Assembly (NCBI GenBank): GCA_021163155.1
Contig: JAGGXI010000014.1
Location: 2,539-66,538 of the forward strand
Length of the DNA: 64,000 bases
From: Candidatus Aerophobota bacterium
Lineage (GTDB): Bacteria > Aerophobota > Aerophobia > Aerophobales > JAGGXI01
Direction of reading: 5' to 3'
Shown here: piece by piece, positions 30,942 through 40,713 of the stretch
Layout of the letters: the number at the start of each line of letters is the position of its first letter
How positions within the stretch are numbered: position 1 is the stretch's first letter
Made by a program: the position numbers and the translations under genes
The notes under the pieces: model-generated
Seen by the model: the letters and a program-made list of their open reading frames with translations, nothing else
The model's database searches: none
Told to the model about the DNA's origin: nothing

Positions 30942-31664
30942 ATGGGAAAACCGCAAATTAGGTGGAAGAGAGTTCTTTTAAAAGTGGGAGGAGAAAATTT
31001 AGCTGATGGAAAGAATTATGGAATCTCTTTTCCTCGGGTTGATTTAATTGCGAAGGAAATAAGAGAAGTTAAAGAGTTGGGGGTAGAAATAGGAGTAATG
31101 GTGGGCGGAGGAAATCTTTTAAGAGGTGAGGTAATCAGTAAAAAAGGTGTGGACAGAGCTACTGCTGATTATATGGGAATGTTAGCCACTATTATTAATG
31201 CTTTAGCTTTTCAGGATACCCTGGAAAAAATGGGGGTAGTTACCAGAGTTCAAACTGCTATTGAGATGCAGGAGATTGCTGAACCTTATATCCGTAGAAG
31301 AGCTTTGCGTCATTTAGAGAGAGGGAGAGTGGTTATTTTTGCAGGGGGTACAGGAAATCCTTATTTTACTACTGATACAGCAGCTGCTCTTAGGGCTTTA
31401 GAAATAGGGGCTGAGGTAATTTTAAAGGCTACTAAAGTAGATGGGATTTATTCTTCCGACCCTCTAAAGGATGAAAAAGCTAAAAAATTTGATGAGATAA
31501 GTTATGTTGATGTAATCAAAAATCAACTGGAAATAATGGATACTACGGCTATTTCTTTATGTATGGATAATCACCTACCTATAATTGTCTTTAATTTACA
31601 GAAAAGGGGTAATGTTAAAAGAGTAATTTTAGGAGAAAAAATAGGAACCATAGTAGATAATTGA
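30942..31664 (+). CDS. pyrH: UMP kinase
   Basis: 240-aa [13 protein letters not shown]..., GGGN, and aspartokinase-fold motifs typical of PyrH. Confidence 0.95.
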   Translation: MGKPQIRWKRVLLKVGGENLADGKNYGISFPRVDLIAKEIREVKELGVEIGVMVGGGNLLRGEVISKKGVDRATADYMGMLATIINALAFQDTLEKMGVVTRVQTAIEMQEIAEPYIRRRALRHLERGRVVIFAGGTGNPYFTTDTAAALRALEIGAEVILKATKVDGIYSSDPLKDEKAKKFDEISYVDVIKNQLEIMDTTAISLCMDNHLPIIVFNLQKRGNVKRVILGEKIGTIVDN

Positions 31665-31719
31665 ATGCTTGTTTAAGATTTCCAGAAATTTTTCCTATAA
31701 GTAAAGTGAAAATAACCTT

Positions 31720-31840
31720 CTTTATGGGTAGGAGCGAGGCTAATCGCCCTTTGTAAGGTAAGAGTTAGAGGTAATTGGGAGGCTAAAGCCTTCCCTATCC
31801 ACGCCTATTGAGTTAATAGTTTGCCAAATCTAGGTTAAAT
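31720..31840 (+). repeat. Family-3 intergenic module: terminator-like hairpin, GC hairpin and leader motif
   Basis: gggtaggagcgaggctaatcgccctttg ... ttgggaggctaaagccttccc ... agtttgccaaatctaggttaa. Homologous copies at 61740-61860 and, partial and inverted, at 62960-63040. Confidence 0.5.
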
Positions 31841-31841
31841 T

Positions 31842-32411
31842 ATGGAGGGAAAAATGATAAAGAAAATTTATCAGGAGGGCAAAGATAAAATGGAGCAAGC
31901 GGTGCAAGCTTTAGGAAGAAGGTATGTTAAATTAAGAGGAGACAGGGCGAGAACGGAATTAGTAGCAGATATAAAGGTAGATTGTTATGGTGCAAAAATG
32001 GATATTGTACAGTTAGCTAATATCTCTACCCCCGATCCTCATCTTATAGTGATAGAACCATGGGATAAATCTCTCATTAAAAATATAGAAAAAGCTATTT
32101 TAGTTTCTGATTTAGGTATAAATCCTACCGATGATGGGAATGTTATCCGGTTAAGTATTCCTCCCTTAAGTGAAGAAAGAAGAGAGAAAATGGCGAAAAT
32201 TTTAAAGGAGTGGGCAGAGGAAACTAGAGTTTCTATTAGAAATTCACGTCGGGAAGTAAGAGAAAGATTGGAGAAATTAGAAAAAGAAAAAGAAATTTCC
32301 GAAGATGAGAGAAGAAGAGTAGAGAAAGATATTCAATCTCTCACCGATGAATTTATAAGTAAAATAGATGAGATACAGGATAAAAAGATTAAAGAAATCC
32401 GTAAGGTTTAA
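31842..32411 (+). CDS. frr: Ribosome recycling factor
   Basis: RRF pattern with DIKVDCYGAKMDIVQLANIS and a C-terminal coiled-coil. The start could be the ATG at 31854 instead. Confidence 0.95.
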   Translation: MEGKMIKKIYQEGKDKMEQAVQALGRRYVKLRGDRARTELVADIKVDCYGAKMDIVQLANISTPDPHLIVIEPWDKSLIKNIEKAILVSDLGINPTDDGNVIRLSIPPLSEERREKMAKILKEWAEETRVSIRNSRREVRERLEKLEKEKEISEDERRRVEKDIQSLTDEFISKIDEIQDKKIKEIRKV

Positions 32412-32452
32412 TTATTTATAGCTATATTTTTCTTAAAAGGAGATAAATAGTA

Positions 32453-33739
32453 GTGGAAAAGAGTGTTTTAACTGAAGAGTGCAAGGATGAGATAGAACGT
32501 ATAGGAAAAACTGAGATTCTTGTAGGAATACCCAGTTACAACAATGAAAGAACAATCGGTCATGTAGTAAGAGCAGTTCAATATGGGCTAGCTAAATATT
32601 TTCCTAAGTTTAAAGCGGTAATTATGAATTCTGACGGAGGCTCAACGGATAAAACAAGAGAAATAGTAAAAAAGACCAGTGTTTATACCGATTTAGATAC
32701 AATTCTTATCGAGCATTCTGTTCATCCAGCGGCAAGTTTTTCTACTGCTTACCGTGGTGGTATCCCCGGAAAAGGTAGTGCTTACAAAGCTATCTTTGAG
32801 ACAGCTTGCAAGCTAAGGGCAAAAGGTTGCGTATTGGTTGATTCAGACCTCAGGAGCATCAATCCTGAATGGGTAGAACTTTTGGCCGGTCCAATACTAC
32901 TAAAAGGTTATCATTACGTATCTCCCCTTTATTCTCGCCATAAGTATGATGGAACTATCACTAATTCTATTGTATACCCATTAACAAGAGCTCTTTATGG
33001 TAGAAGAATACGTCAACCTATAGGAGGAGATTTTGGGGTATCTAAAAAGATGATTAAATCATATTTAGCGAAGGATGTTTGGGGAACGGATGTAGCTCGT
33101 TATGGTATAGATATATGGATGACTACTGTAGCTATAAATGAAGGTGCTAAAATATGCCAGTCTTTCCTGGGGGCTAAGATACACGATGTTAAGGAACCAG
33201 GCCAGGTTTTAGGGCCTATGTTTAAACAGGTAATAAATACTCTATTTTATTTAATGTGTGATTATGAGGAACATTGGAAAAGGGTTAGCCATGCCAAACC
33301 TACAGCTATATACGGTTTTCGTTCTGAAACTCCTCCTGAGCCTGTATCAGTAAATCTTAACTCCCTTATAGAAAAGTTCAAAAAAGGGGTAGAAGGTAAT
33401 AAAGAATACTGGTTAACTTTTCTTCCTTTACAAAGAGTGAAAGAATTAGAGGAGATATCTTTTACCAGTCTAACTAAATTTAATTTCCCTCCAGAATTAT
33501 GGGTAAAGATAATATACGATTTTGCTGTTGCTTACCACCAAATAAGGTTATCTTCAAGGAATGAGCTTGATAAACTTGTAAATTCTCTTATTCCTATTTA
33601 TTTTGGAAGAACAGCCTCATTTATTATTGAAACAGAGGATATACCTACTTATGAGGCAGAAGATAAAATAGAGCATCTATGCGATAAATTTGAGGAACTA
33701 AAACCTTATTTAATAGAGAGATGGGATTCTGTTAAGTAA
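32453..33739 (+). CDS. GT-A-fold glycosyltransferase (GT2/GT81-like; resembles GpgS/MpgS-type compatible-solute glycosyl-3-phosphoglycerate synthases)
   Basis: 428-aa ORF. ILVGIPSYNNERTIGHVVRAV...VIMNSDGGSTDKTREIV and DSDL (DxD) motifs. Confidence 0.55.
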   Translation: MEKSVLTEECKDEIERIGKTEILVGIPSYNNERTIGHVVRAVQYGLAKYFPKFKAVIMNSDGGSTDKTREIVKKTSVYTDLDTILIEHSVHPAASFSTAYRGGIPGKGSAYKAIFETACKLRAKGCVLVDSDLRSINPEWVELLAGPILLKGYHYVSPLYSRHKYDGTITNSIVYPLTRALYGRRIRQPIGGDFGVSKKMIKSYLAKDVWGTDVARYGIDIWMTTVAINEGAKICQSFLGAKIHDVKEPGQVLGPMFKQVINTLFYLMCDYEEHWKRVSHAKPTAIYGFRSETPPEPVSVNLNSLIEKFKKGVEGNKEYWLTFLPLQRVKELEEISFTSLTKFNFPPELWVKIIYDFAVAYHQIRLSSRNELDKLVNSLIPIYFGRTASFIIETEDIPTYEAEDKIEHLCDKFEELKPYLIERWDSVK

Positions 33740-33840
33740 AGAGAGGCTATATGGAAAGAGAAGTGAATAAAAGTAAATAAAAACAGTTATTATTTTATCA
33801 TTTAATAACTGTTTATTAATAGTCTTTAAACTTATAATTA

Positions 33841-34203
33841 CTATAAATCAAAATGTTCTCTGATAATTTTATTTACTTTGTTTAAGATTTCCTTATCTTC
33901 AATGGCTCCTATTTTATTTAGTAGTCTTTTTTTGTCTATGCTTCTAAGTTGTATAATCATTATCTTGGAATCCTCATTTAATCCCCCTGTTCTTTTTGAA
34001 ATATACACTTCAAAAGGATAAACTTTATTCACATTGGAGGATAGGGGAGCCACCGTAACCAAGGGCGAGTACTGATTATGGATATCGTTAGATATAATTA
34101 AGGCAGGTCTTTTTTTCTTCACTTCATGCCCAATTGTAGAGTCAAAATTGACCAGGTATATTTCTCCCTTTTTAGGATATGCCATTGCCTGTAACTCCAT
34201 CAA
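33841..34203 (-). CDS. mazF: MazF/PemK-family endoribonuclease toxin
   Basis: KGEIYLVNFDSTIGHEVKKKRPALIISND...LVTVAPLSS is the MazF/PemK signature. Overlaps the upstream antitoxin gene. Confidence 0.8.
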   Translation of the reverse strand: MMELQAMAYPKKGEIYLVNFDSTIGHEVKKKRPALIISNDIHNQYSPLVTVAPLSSNVNKVYPFEVYISKRTGGLNEDSKIMIIQLRSIDKKRLLNKIGAIEDKEILNKVNKIIREHFDL

Positions 34204-34399
34204 ATTCTTGACTTTCTTTCTCTATTTCAGTATAAGCCTCTTTATATGCTTTTATTAGTGCCTGTTCTTTTAGCTTTTTAAGTTGTTTTTTTATTGTTTC
34301 GGCTATAAATTTGCTTCTTTTCCTTCTGGGTATCTCCTTTCTTAAGAGGTCCACTATTTCTTTTGGCAAGGAAATAGTTACCTTCTCTGTGGTAGTCAT
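34172..34399 (-). CDS. Ribbon-helix-helix (CopG/MazE-like) antitoxin
   Basis: 75-aa ORF. N-terminal EKVTISLPKEIVDLLRKEI fits the RHH beta-strand and helix pattern. Lies immediately upstream of, and overlaps, mazF. Confidence 0.6.
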   Translation of the reverse strand: MTTTEKVTISLPKEIVDLLRKEIPRRKRSKFIAETIKKQLKKLKEQALIKAYKEAYTEIEKESQEFDGVTGNGIS

Positions 34400-34637
34400 A
34401 TTTATTCCTCCGTCTAAATATTACATCTATTTATTACATATTACTACAATTCTGTTTGCTGTCAATATCTTCTCCTCGCTTATTCCTTCAACCAATGTAA
34501 AAAGGGTCAAGTATCAATATTTAACATTGATTTTGTCTTTGCCTTTTTATAGAGACACATTTCATACATTTTTTAATGCTGGCGATAATACTATCACCAT
34601 TAAATTAATTAACCTTTCAAGGTCCGACCCTTACTTA

Positions 34638-35402
34638 CTAAAACTCTCTTTTTCTTAAAAATAGGTAGGCTATAATTAACATCGTACAAATGTAAATTGA
34701 ACTATATAATAATGCTTTACTTGTGTATTCAAGGCTGATAGGAATGCCTTGGATTGCTTTTTCCCTTACATTAAAATATTCCAAATTGGGTAAAATCCAG
34801 CTAATAGACTTAATAAGAATATTCTCCATCCCTTTTGTTTTCTCTCCTAAAAACTTAAGCTGAGGGTTGAAGTGCCCAATTAAATAGATGAGAAATGCAA
34901 ATATAGTACTATTAAAACTTGAAGAACAGAAAGAGGAAAACATAATAGCAATTGAAGTAATAACCGCTATCTCTAAAAAAATAAAGAAGAAGGCTTCCAG
35001 CATTGCTATTCTCATTATCTCTCCTTTAAAATAAAGGAGAACGAAGAGAGTAAATCCTGTTATAAGTAAACTTGATAAAGCAACCCAAATTACCCCCAAA
35101 AAATTACCAAGAATAAAGCTTATTCTGTCAACGGGTTTGGAGAGAATAGTGTAAATGGTTTTATCTTCAATTTCTTTAGAGATACTTTCTCCGCCAAAGA
35201 AGATAGCTATGAGAGCAGTGAAGAAGGAGATAGTTGCCAGTCCCATATCTTTTATAATTTTTAGTTGAGCAGTAAAAGTCAAAGATTCAAATAACTTAGA
35301 GAGCAGGATTAAACCAATAGCGAAAAATAAAAACATAATGAAAATCTTACTTCTCCACCCTTTTCGGAATACATTTTCAGAAATGGCTAAGATTATTCTC
35401 AT
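34638..35402 (-). CDS. ABC-2-type transporter permease (no cognate ATPase in the window)
   Basis: 254-aa ORF with 6 predicted TM helices of ABC-2/NosY type. Its start overlaps the nadK stop. Confidence 0.55.
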   Translation of the reverse strand: MRIILAISENVFRKGWRSKIFIMFLFFAIGLILLSKLFESLTFTAQLKIIKDMGLATISFFTALIAIFFGGESISKEIEDKTIYTILSKPVDRISFILGNFLGVIWVALSSLLITGFTLFVLLYFKGEIMRIAMLEAFFFIFLEIAVITSIAIMFSSFCSSSFNSTIFAFLIYLIGHFNPQLKFLGEKTKGMENILIKSISWILPNLEYFNVREKAIQGIPISLEYTSKALLYSSIYICTMLIIAYLFLRKREF

Positions 35403-35405
35403 TAT

Positions 35406-36308
35406 TTAATTTTCAATCTTTCTCTCTTTATTTTTATTTGTCTTATGGCTAACCCCGCTCCATCCAAATTTAGTTCGGAGTGTCTTAAAAAAGGAAGTTC
35501 CTTCTAACCTAATTAAACTCGCTTCACACTCAGCTTTTTCAACTTTAATTATATATTTGTCCTTGAGTTCAAAGCCTATTTGACCATCAATGGTAAGTAA
35601 AACTTTATCTGAGGGAGGCTCAAGCATAATTTCTATCTTATCTTTTTGTGAAATAATAAGCGGTCTTACAGATAAAGTATGAGCACAAATAGGGGATAAA
35701 ATTATCACTTTCAAGTTTGGATAAACCACAGGTCCTCCTGTAGAAAGAGAATAAGCAGTAGAGCCTGTAGGAGTTGAGATGACTAATCCATCGGCAGCGT
35801 AAATAGTAACGAATTCTCCAGAAACAAAAGTTTTAAGATTAATAATACGAGAGACTGCTCCTTTACTTATAACTATATCATTTAATGCAAGAAAAGTTTT
35901 TATTTTTTTTTCTTTTCTAAATACGTTTGTTTTTAGCATCAACCGTTTTTCTATTATATATTTTCCAGATAAAATCTTTTGAAAACTTTCTTTAAATTTT
36001 AAGGTTGGTATTTCAGTAAGAAACCCCAATCCCCCCAAATTAATACCTAAAAGTGGAATATTGTAGGGAGCAAAACTTCTTGCTGTTCTAAAGAAAGTCC
36101 CATCGCCTCCTAAACTAATAATAAGATCGGAATTCTTGCCTATTTTTTCTTCGCTGCAAGCTAACCCAGGTCGCTCAATTTTTTCTGCTGCCTCTAAAGA
36201 AAGAAGGACTTTTATATCCTTTTCTTTTAGGTATTTTATTAAAGAGAGAGTATAGGAGATGATGCCCTTTTTCTCTCTATTAATTGTGATTCCTACTGTT
36301 TTATACAT
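35406..36308 (-). CDS. nadK: NAD kinase
   Basis: 300-aa ORF. GGDGT motif (LGGDGTF), NE/D short motif and the ppnK family pattern. Confidence 0.9.
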   Translation of the reverse strand: MYKTVGITINREKKGIISYTLSLIKYLKEKDIKVLLSLEAAEKIERPGLACSEEKIGKNSDLIISLGGDGTFFRTARSFAPYNIPLLGINLGGLGFLTEIPTLKFKESFQKILSGKYIIEKRLMLKTNVFRKEKKIKTFLALNDIVISKGAVSRIINLKTFVSGEFVTIYAADGLVISTPTGSTAYSLSTGGPVVYPNLKVIILSPICAHTLSVRPLIISQKDKIEIMLEPPSDKVLLTIDGQIGFELKDKYIIKVEKAECEASLIRLEGTSFFKTLRTKFGWSGVSHKTNKNKERKIEN

Positions 36309-36310
36309 TT

Positions 36311-38182
36311 TTATCTCACTATTTCTTCCACTGTCTTAATTATTTTTTCCTTATTTAATCCATATATTTTAAGTAATTCCTTTCTTTCTCCTTGTTCAAT
36401 AAATTTATCAGGTAAGCCTATTCGTTTAATCTGGTATTTATCAGCAGCCTTATCCTGCAAAAGTTCCAGGATTGCTGAACCAAATCCTCCTTTTAAAATA
36501 CCTTCCTCTATAGTAATCAATTTCTTTGTTTTTTTTGCGAGATTAAGAATTAAATCTTCATCAAGGGGTTTAACGAATCTTGCGTTTATTAAAGTGGGAT
36601 TTATTTTTTTCTCTTTTAGCAGTTTGCAAGCCTCCTCGGCTATTTTAACCATGGAACCTAAAGCAAAGATAACTATTTCTTCTCCTTCTTGAATAACCTC
36701 AGCTTTCCCTATTTTTAAGTGCTTAAATTTTTCTACCTTTGTTCCCTTTAGCCCTTTTTCTTTGGGATATCTTATAGCTACAGGGTTTTTAGTAGTATTA
36801 ATAGCTGTGTATAACATATCTTGGAGTTCAATCTCATCTTTGGGAGCCATTATAGTCATATTCGGCAGATAACGAAGATAAGCTATATCAAAAATTCCCT
36901 GATGGGTAGGACCATCCTGTCCCACTATCCCCGCTTTATCTATAATAAAAACTACAGGCAAATTCTGCAAGGCAACATCATGAATAACTTGATCATAAGC
37001 TCTCTGCAGAAAAGTTGAATAGATAGCTACCACAGGTCTATATCCTTCAGATGCTAATCCTGCGGCAAAGGTTACCATATGTTCCTCAGCGATTCCCGTG
37101 TCGAAAAATCTTTTGGGGAACTCCGTTTTAAATTTAGCAAGCCCTGTTCCCTCAGGCATAGCAGCGGTTAAGGCTATAATCTTGTTGTTTTCTTTTGCTA
37201 ATCTGGTTAATGTTTCTCCGAAAACTTCATTCCAGCTTTTACCCTCTTTTTTTCTCATCTCGCCTGTAGAGAAGTTGAAGGGAGAAGCACTATGATAAAG
37301 CGAAGGGTTATCTTCGCTGAATTTATATCCTTTACCTTTTTTAGTGAGAACATGAACTATAATTGGTCCCTTTAGTTTTTTTACTCTGCTTAAAATATTA
37401 ACAAGGGCTTGAAGGTTATGTCCATTAATAGGGCCGAAGTATCTGAACCCTAATTCTTCAAAGAACGACCCTCCCATAACCAAGCTTTTTATCCCCATTT
37501 CCATTCTTTTAATAGTTGTTGTTGCTTCTTCTTTTAAGAAAGAGCTTTTTTCTATAAGACGTTTAAAGTCATCTCTTAATCTATTATAGTCAGGATTTGT
37601 TCTCAATTTGGTTAAATAGGTGGAAAGAGCACCTACGCTGGAAGATATAGACATCTTGTTGTCGTTAAGGATGACAATAAGGTCTTTTTTCAAACAGCCG
37701 GCATTATTTAAACCTTCGTAAGCTATCCCCGATGTTAAAGCGCCATCCCCTATCACTGATACTACTGAGTAGGATTTTTCTTCTATATCTCGAGCACAAG
37801 CTATCCCCAAAGCAGCAGAGATAGAGGTACTGCTATGCCCAGTGTTGAAAGCATCATAGATACTCTCCTCTTTTCTTGGAAAACCGGACATTCCTCCTAA
37901 TTGACGTAAAGTAGAAAATATCTTCTTTCTCCCAGTGAGAATTTTATGAGTATAACATTGATGTCCTACATCCCAGATAATTTTATCTTCTGGAGCATTA
38001 AATACAAAATGTAGGGCAATGGTAAGTTCTACCGCTCCCAGGTTTGAGGAGAGATGGCCTCCTTTTTTAGATACTGTCTGAGTAATTACATCTCTTATTT
38101 CTTTAGCCAATATCTCAAGTTCACCTAAACTCAGTAATTTTAAGTCTTGAGGCTTGTTAATTCTATCTAAAATTTTGTTCAT
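36311..38182 (-). CDS. dxs: 1-deoxy-D-xylulose-5-phosphate synthase
   Basis: 623-aa ORF. TPP-binding GDGALTSG, GHSSTSISA, transketolase-like pyrimidine-binding and C-terminal domains. Confidence 0.95.
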   Translation of the reverse strand: MNKILDRINKPQDLKLLSLGELEILAKEIRDVITQTVSKKGGHLSSNLGAVELTIALHFVFNAPEDKIIWDVGHQCYTHKILTGRKKIFSTLRQLGGMSGFPRKEESIYDAFNTGHSSTSISAALGIACARDIEEKSYSVVSVIGDGALTSGIAYEGLNNAGCLKKDLIVILNDNKMSISSSVGALSTYLTKLRTNPDYNRLRDDFKRLIEKSSFLKEEATTTIKRMEMGIKSLVMGGSFFEELGFRYFGPINGHNLQALVNILSRVKKLKGPIIVHVLTKKGKGYKFSEDNPSLYHSASPFNFSTGEMRKKEGKSWNEVFGETLTRLAKENNKIIALTAAMPEGTGLAKFKTEFPKRFFDTGIAEEHMVTFAAGLASEGYRPVVAIYSTFLQRAYDQVIHDVALQNLPVVFIIDKAGIVGQDGPTHQGIFDIAYLRYLPNMTIMAPKDEIELQDMLYTAINTTKNPVAIRYPKEKGLKGTKVEKFKHLKIGKAEVIQEGEEIVIFALGSMVKIAEEACKLLKEKKINPTLINARFVKPLDEDLILNLAKKTKKLITIEEGILKGGFGSAILELLQDKAADKYQIKRIGLPDKFIEQGERKELLKIYGLNKEKIIKTVEEIVR

Positions 38183-38209
38183 TTGTTTTTTCCGTTATCT
38201 ATTAGTATT

Positions 38210-38656
38210 TTAACTCATCCAAAGCAAAGCTATAATACATCCTATTATTCCTCCCGTTATCACTTCCAGGGGAGTATGCCCTAATTTTTCTTTTAGTCTT
38301 GGTTTTATGGATTTTTTATAAGAGAGATGAGAAAGTATCTCATTTAATAACTCTGCCTGCTCTCCTACTGCTCTTCGTACCCCTATAGCTTCATATATTG
38401 TAACTAAGGCAAAAATAAGAGTAATAATAAAGAAGGTAGACCTTATCCCCTCTTTTATCCCCACTCCTGTGAGTAGGGCCATAGCCACAGCAGAGTGAGA
38501 GGATGGCATTCCTCCCGGCTCTATAAAACGGTGTAATTTTATTTTTCTTTCTTTAATTATAGGGATTATTATTTTAATGCCTTGAGCAATGACATAAGCA
38601 CAGATAATAGCTAATAATATTCTCTGCTTTAAAAAAAGGTAGATAACTTTTATCAT
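38210..38656 (-). CDS. Divergent PAP2-family (DUF212) membrane protein
   Basis: 148-aa ORF. The GGMPSSHSA motif and TM pattern are typical of the acid-phosphatase/vanadium-haloperoxidase-related DUF212 family. Confidence 0.7.
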   Translation of the reverse strand: MIKVIYLFLKQRILLAIICAYVIAQGIKIIIPIIKERKIKLHRFIEPGGMPSSHSAVAMALLTGVGIKEGIRSTFFIITLIFALVTIYEAIGVRRAVGEQAELLNEILSHLSYKKSIKPRLKEKLGHTPLEVITGGIIGCIIALLWMS

Positions 38657-38664
38657 TTTACTTC

Positions 38665-38750
38665 TCTGAGACCTCTGATTACACAGATTTTTAAAAATGA
38701 TTACACTGATTTAGTAAAGATGATCTATCTGTGTAATCTATTTTTTTGAT
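38665..38750 (+). repeat. Family-2 repeat, subtype B copy
   Basis: gagacctctgattacacagatttttaaaaatgattacactgattta...ctgtgtaatc. The core ctctgattacacagatttttaaaaatgattacactgattta is identical to the 55727-55768 copy. Confidence 0.55.
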
Positions 38751-38760
38751 TTTTTATTTT

Positions 38761-38864
38761 TGTTTCCCTCTAATCCTCTAATCCTTCTTTTCTTCTTGCT
38801 TTTTGTTTTTCTTTGTTTTCCTTATTTTCCCTCTAATCCTCTAATCCTCTAATCCTCTAATCCT
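38761..38864. repeat. ctaatcct microsatellite module (2 plus 4 tandem units around a T-rich spacer); inverted homologue at 59033-59110
   Basis: cctctaatcctctaatcc ... ccctctaatcctctaatcctctaatcctctaatcc. The distal units overlap the last codons and the TAG stop of xseB. Confidence 0.6.
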
Positions 38865-39078
38865 TCTTTTTCTCTTCCCATTCTTTAAATTTAAATTGGT
38901 CTTTTTCTTTTATTAATATCTGGATCCTTTTTTCTACTTCTTCCAATTTTTTTTCGCAAAGGGTTATCAGTTTCATACCTTCTTCAAACCTTTCCAAAGC
39001 TTCCTCAAGGGGAAGTTCACCTTCTTCTAACTCTTGAGTGATTTTTTGCAATTTTTCTGTCGCTTCTTCAAATTTCAC
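38857..39078 (-). CDS. xseB: Exodeoxyribonuclease VII small subunit
   Basis: 73-aa ORF. FEEALEKLE-type XseB helix pattern (MKFEEATEKLQKITQELEEGELPLEEALERFEEG). Its start overlaps the xseA stop. Confidence 0.85.
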   Translation of the reverse strand: MKFEEATEKLQKITQELEEGELPLEEALERFEEGMKLITLCEKKLEEVEKRIQILIKEKDQFKFKEWEEKKKD

Positions 39079-40424
39079 TATTTTCCCTCCTCAACTTGAT
39101 AAATTTGAGAATAAATTTTACCTTGATGCAACTTTACTTTTATTCTTTCTCCCTTCTTCACCTCAGAGTATTCCTTAATTATCTTCCCCTCAGGGTGGGT
39201 AAAACAGATACTATAACCTCTTTTCAAGATTGACAAGGGAGAAAGATCATCCATTCTCTTTTTATAAAAAGAGATTCTCTCTTTCTCTTTTTTTAGCCTT
39301 CTTTTGCTTGAGGTGTATAATTTTTTTATTTCTCTTTCTATATTTTCTTTTATTAAATCTATTCTTTTTTGAGGAGAAGCTTGCAAAAGCCTATTTTTTA
39401 TACTGATAAATTGATTTTTATCTAATTTAATTCTTGAAGAGAAAGAGAAAATCATCTTTTTTTCTAATTCATCCACTTGTTGCTGAATCTCTTGAGAACG
39501 ACGATAAGGGTGTTTAAAGATGTAAGAGGCTTTTGCTTTTTCTATCATCGAAGAAGATAAATTTATATAGTTTTTCATTAAAATAGACATTCTTTGAACT
39601 CGAGTTTGTAGCATCTCTATTAAGTCCTCTTTTTTGGGAATCACTCTCTCTGCGGCTGCTGAGGGAGTAGCGGCTCTCTCATCAGCTACAAAGTCAGAAA
39701 TGCTTATATCTATTTCATGTCCTACAGCAGAGATAATAGGAATGTGAGAATTGTAAATAGCTTCCGCTACTATCTTTTCATTAAAGCAGAATAGATCTTC
39801 AAAAGAGCCTCCTCCTCTACCTACAATTATTACATCTACTTTTCCATAGTCATTTAAATTTTGCACTGCCCGAGCAATTTCTGCTGCTGCCTCATTTCCC
39901 TGAACTCTACAGGGAGAAAGAATAATTTCTACATTATGGAAGCGTTTATCGATAACAGCAAGTATATCTTTGATTGCTGCTCCTTTTGGGGAGGTTGCTA
40001 CCCCTATCCTCTGGGGAAGATAGGGAAGAGGGATTTTGTGCTCAAGGTCGAAATATCCCCTTTCTTTAAGTTCCTCCTTTAATTGCTCAAATTTAAGATA
40101 AAGAGCCCCTTTTCCTGCAGGAAGGACTTCCTCTACATAAAGTTGGTATCTTCCCTGGGGTTTATAAATCCCTATGCTTCCTTTAGTTATTACCTCTAAT
40201 CCATTTTTGAGAGTAAAATTTAAATTTACTGTCCTATTTTGAAACATCACACAGGAGAGAAGACTGTCTTCATCTTTAAGAGAAAAATATAGATGACGTG
40301 AAGGAAGCTTAAGATTTGATATTTCTCCTCTTACCCAGATATTTTGAAGTTTCTCATTCTTTTCTATCTCTCTTTTTATATAGTTTGTAACTTCATTTAC
40401 AGTGTAAATATGTATCTGTGACAT
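39078..40424 (-). CDS. xseA: Exodeoxyribonuclease VII large subunit
   Basis: 448-aa ORF. N-terminal OB-fold (VWVRGEISN), catalytic core (IIVGRGGGS, AVGHEID) and C-terminal coiled-coil. Confidence 0.9.
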   Translation of the reverse strand: MSQIHIYTVNEVTNYIKREIEKNEKLQNIWVRGEISNLKLPSRHLYFSLKDEDSLLSCVMFQNRTVNLNFTLKNGLEVITKGSIGIYKPQGRYQLYVEEVLPAGKGALYLKFEQLKEELKERGYFDLEHKIPLPYLPQRIGVATSPKGAAIKDILAVIDKRFHNVEIILSPCRVQGNEAAAEIARAVQNLNDYGKVDVIIVGRGGGSFEDLFCFNEKIVAEAIYNSHIPIISAVGHEIDISISDFVADERAATPSAAAERVIPKKEDLIEMLQTRVQRMSILMKNYINLSSSMIEKAKASYIFKHPYRRSQEIQQQVDELEKKMIFSFSSRIKLDKNQFISIKNRLLQASPQKRIDLIKENIEREIKKLYTSSKRRLKKEKERISFYKKRMDDLSPLSILKRGYSICFTHPEGKIIKEYSEVKKGERIKVKLHQGKIYSQIYQVEEGK

Positions 40425-40536
40425 TCAAATTTGCCTCTTATTTGATTTTAAGATAGCAAACTACCCTTCCTTGTCAATAGAAAAATTCTTCTTGTTAGTT
40501 AAAAATTAAAAGTGAACTATTTTTAATGGTTTAAAT

Positions 40537-40630
40537 TGAGACCTCTGAAAAACCTCCAGAGGTCTCTAATCTGTGTAATCTCGATTTTTATCTGCGAAAT
40601 CAGAGATTTTTGCCTTTTCAGAAATCTCTA
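40537..40630 (+). repeat. Family-2 repeat, subtype A copy (perfect 10-bp stem)
   Basis: gagacctctgaaaaacctccagaggtctctaatctgtgtaatctcgatttttatctgcgaaatcagagatttttgccttttcagaaatctct, about 85 nt upstream of ubiB. Confidence 0.6.
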
Positions 40631-40713
40631 AATTTAAAGTTTGACACCTACCTCTGATTTGCTATTTTTATCTTGTAAAAAAAGTTAACATTGCTTAAAA
40701 GGATATATTCATA

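Noticed and set aside
38761-38864. Possible CRISPR array suggested by the regularly spaced ctaatcct repeats.
   Set aside because: The unit is only 8 bp and directly tandem, with no spacers of 25-40 bp. This is a microsatellite, not a CRISPR.
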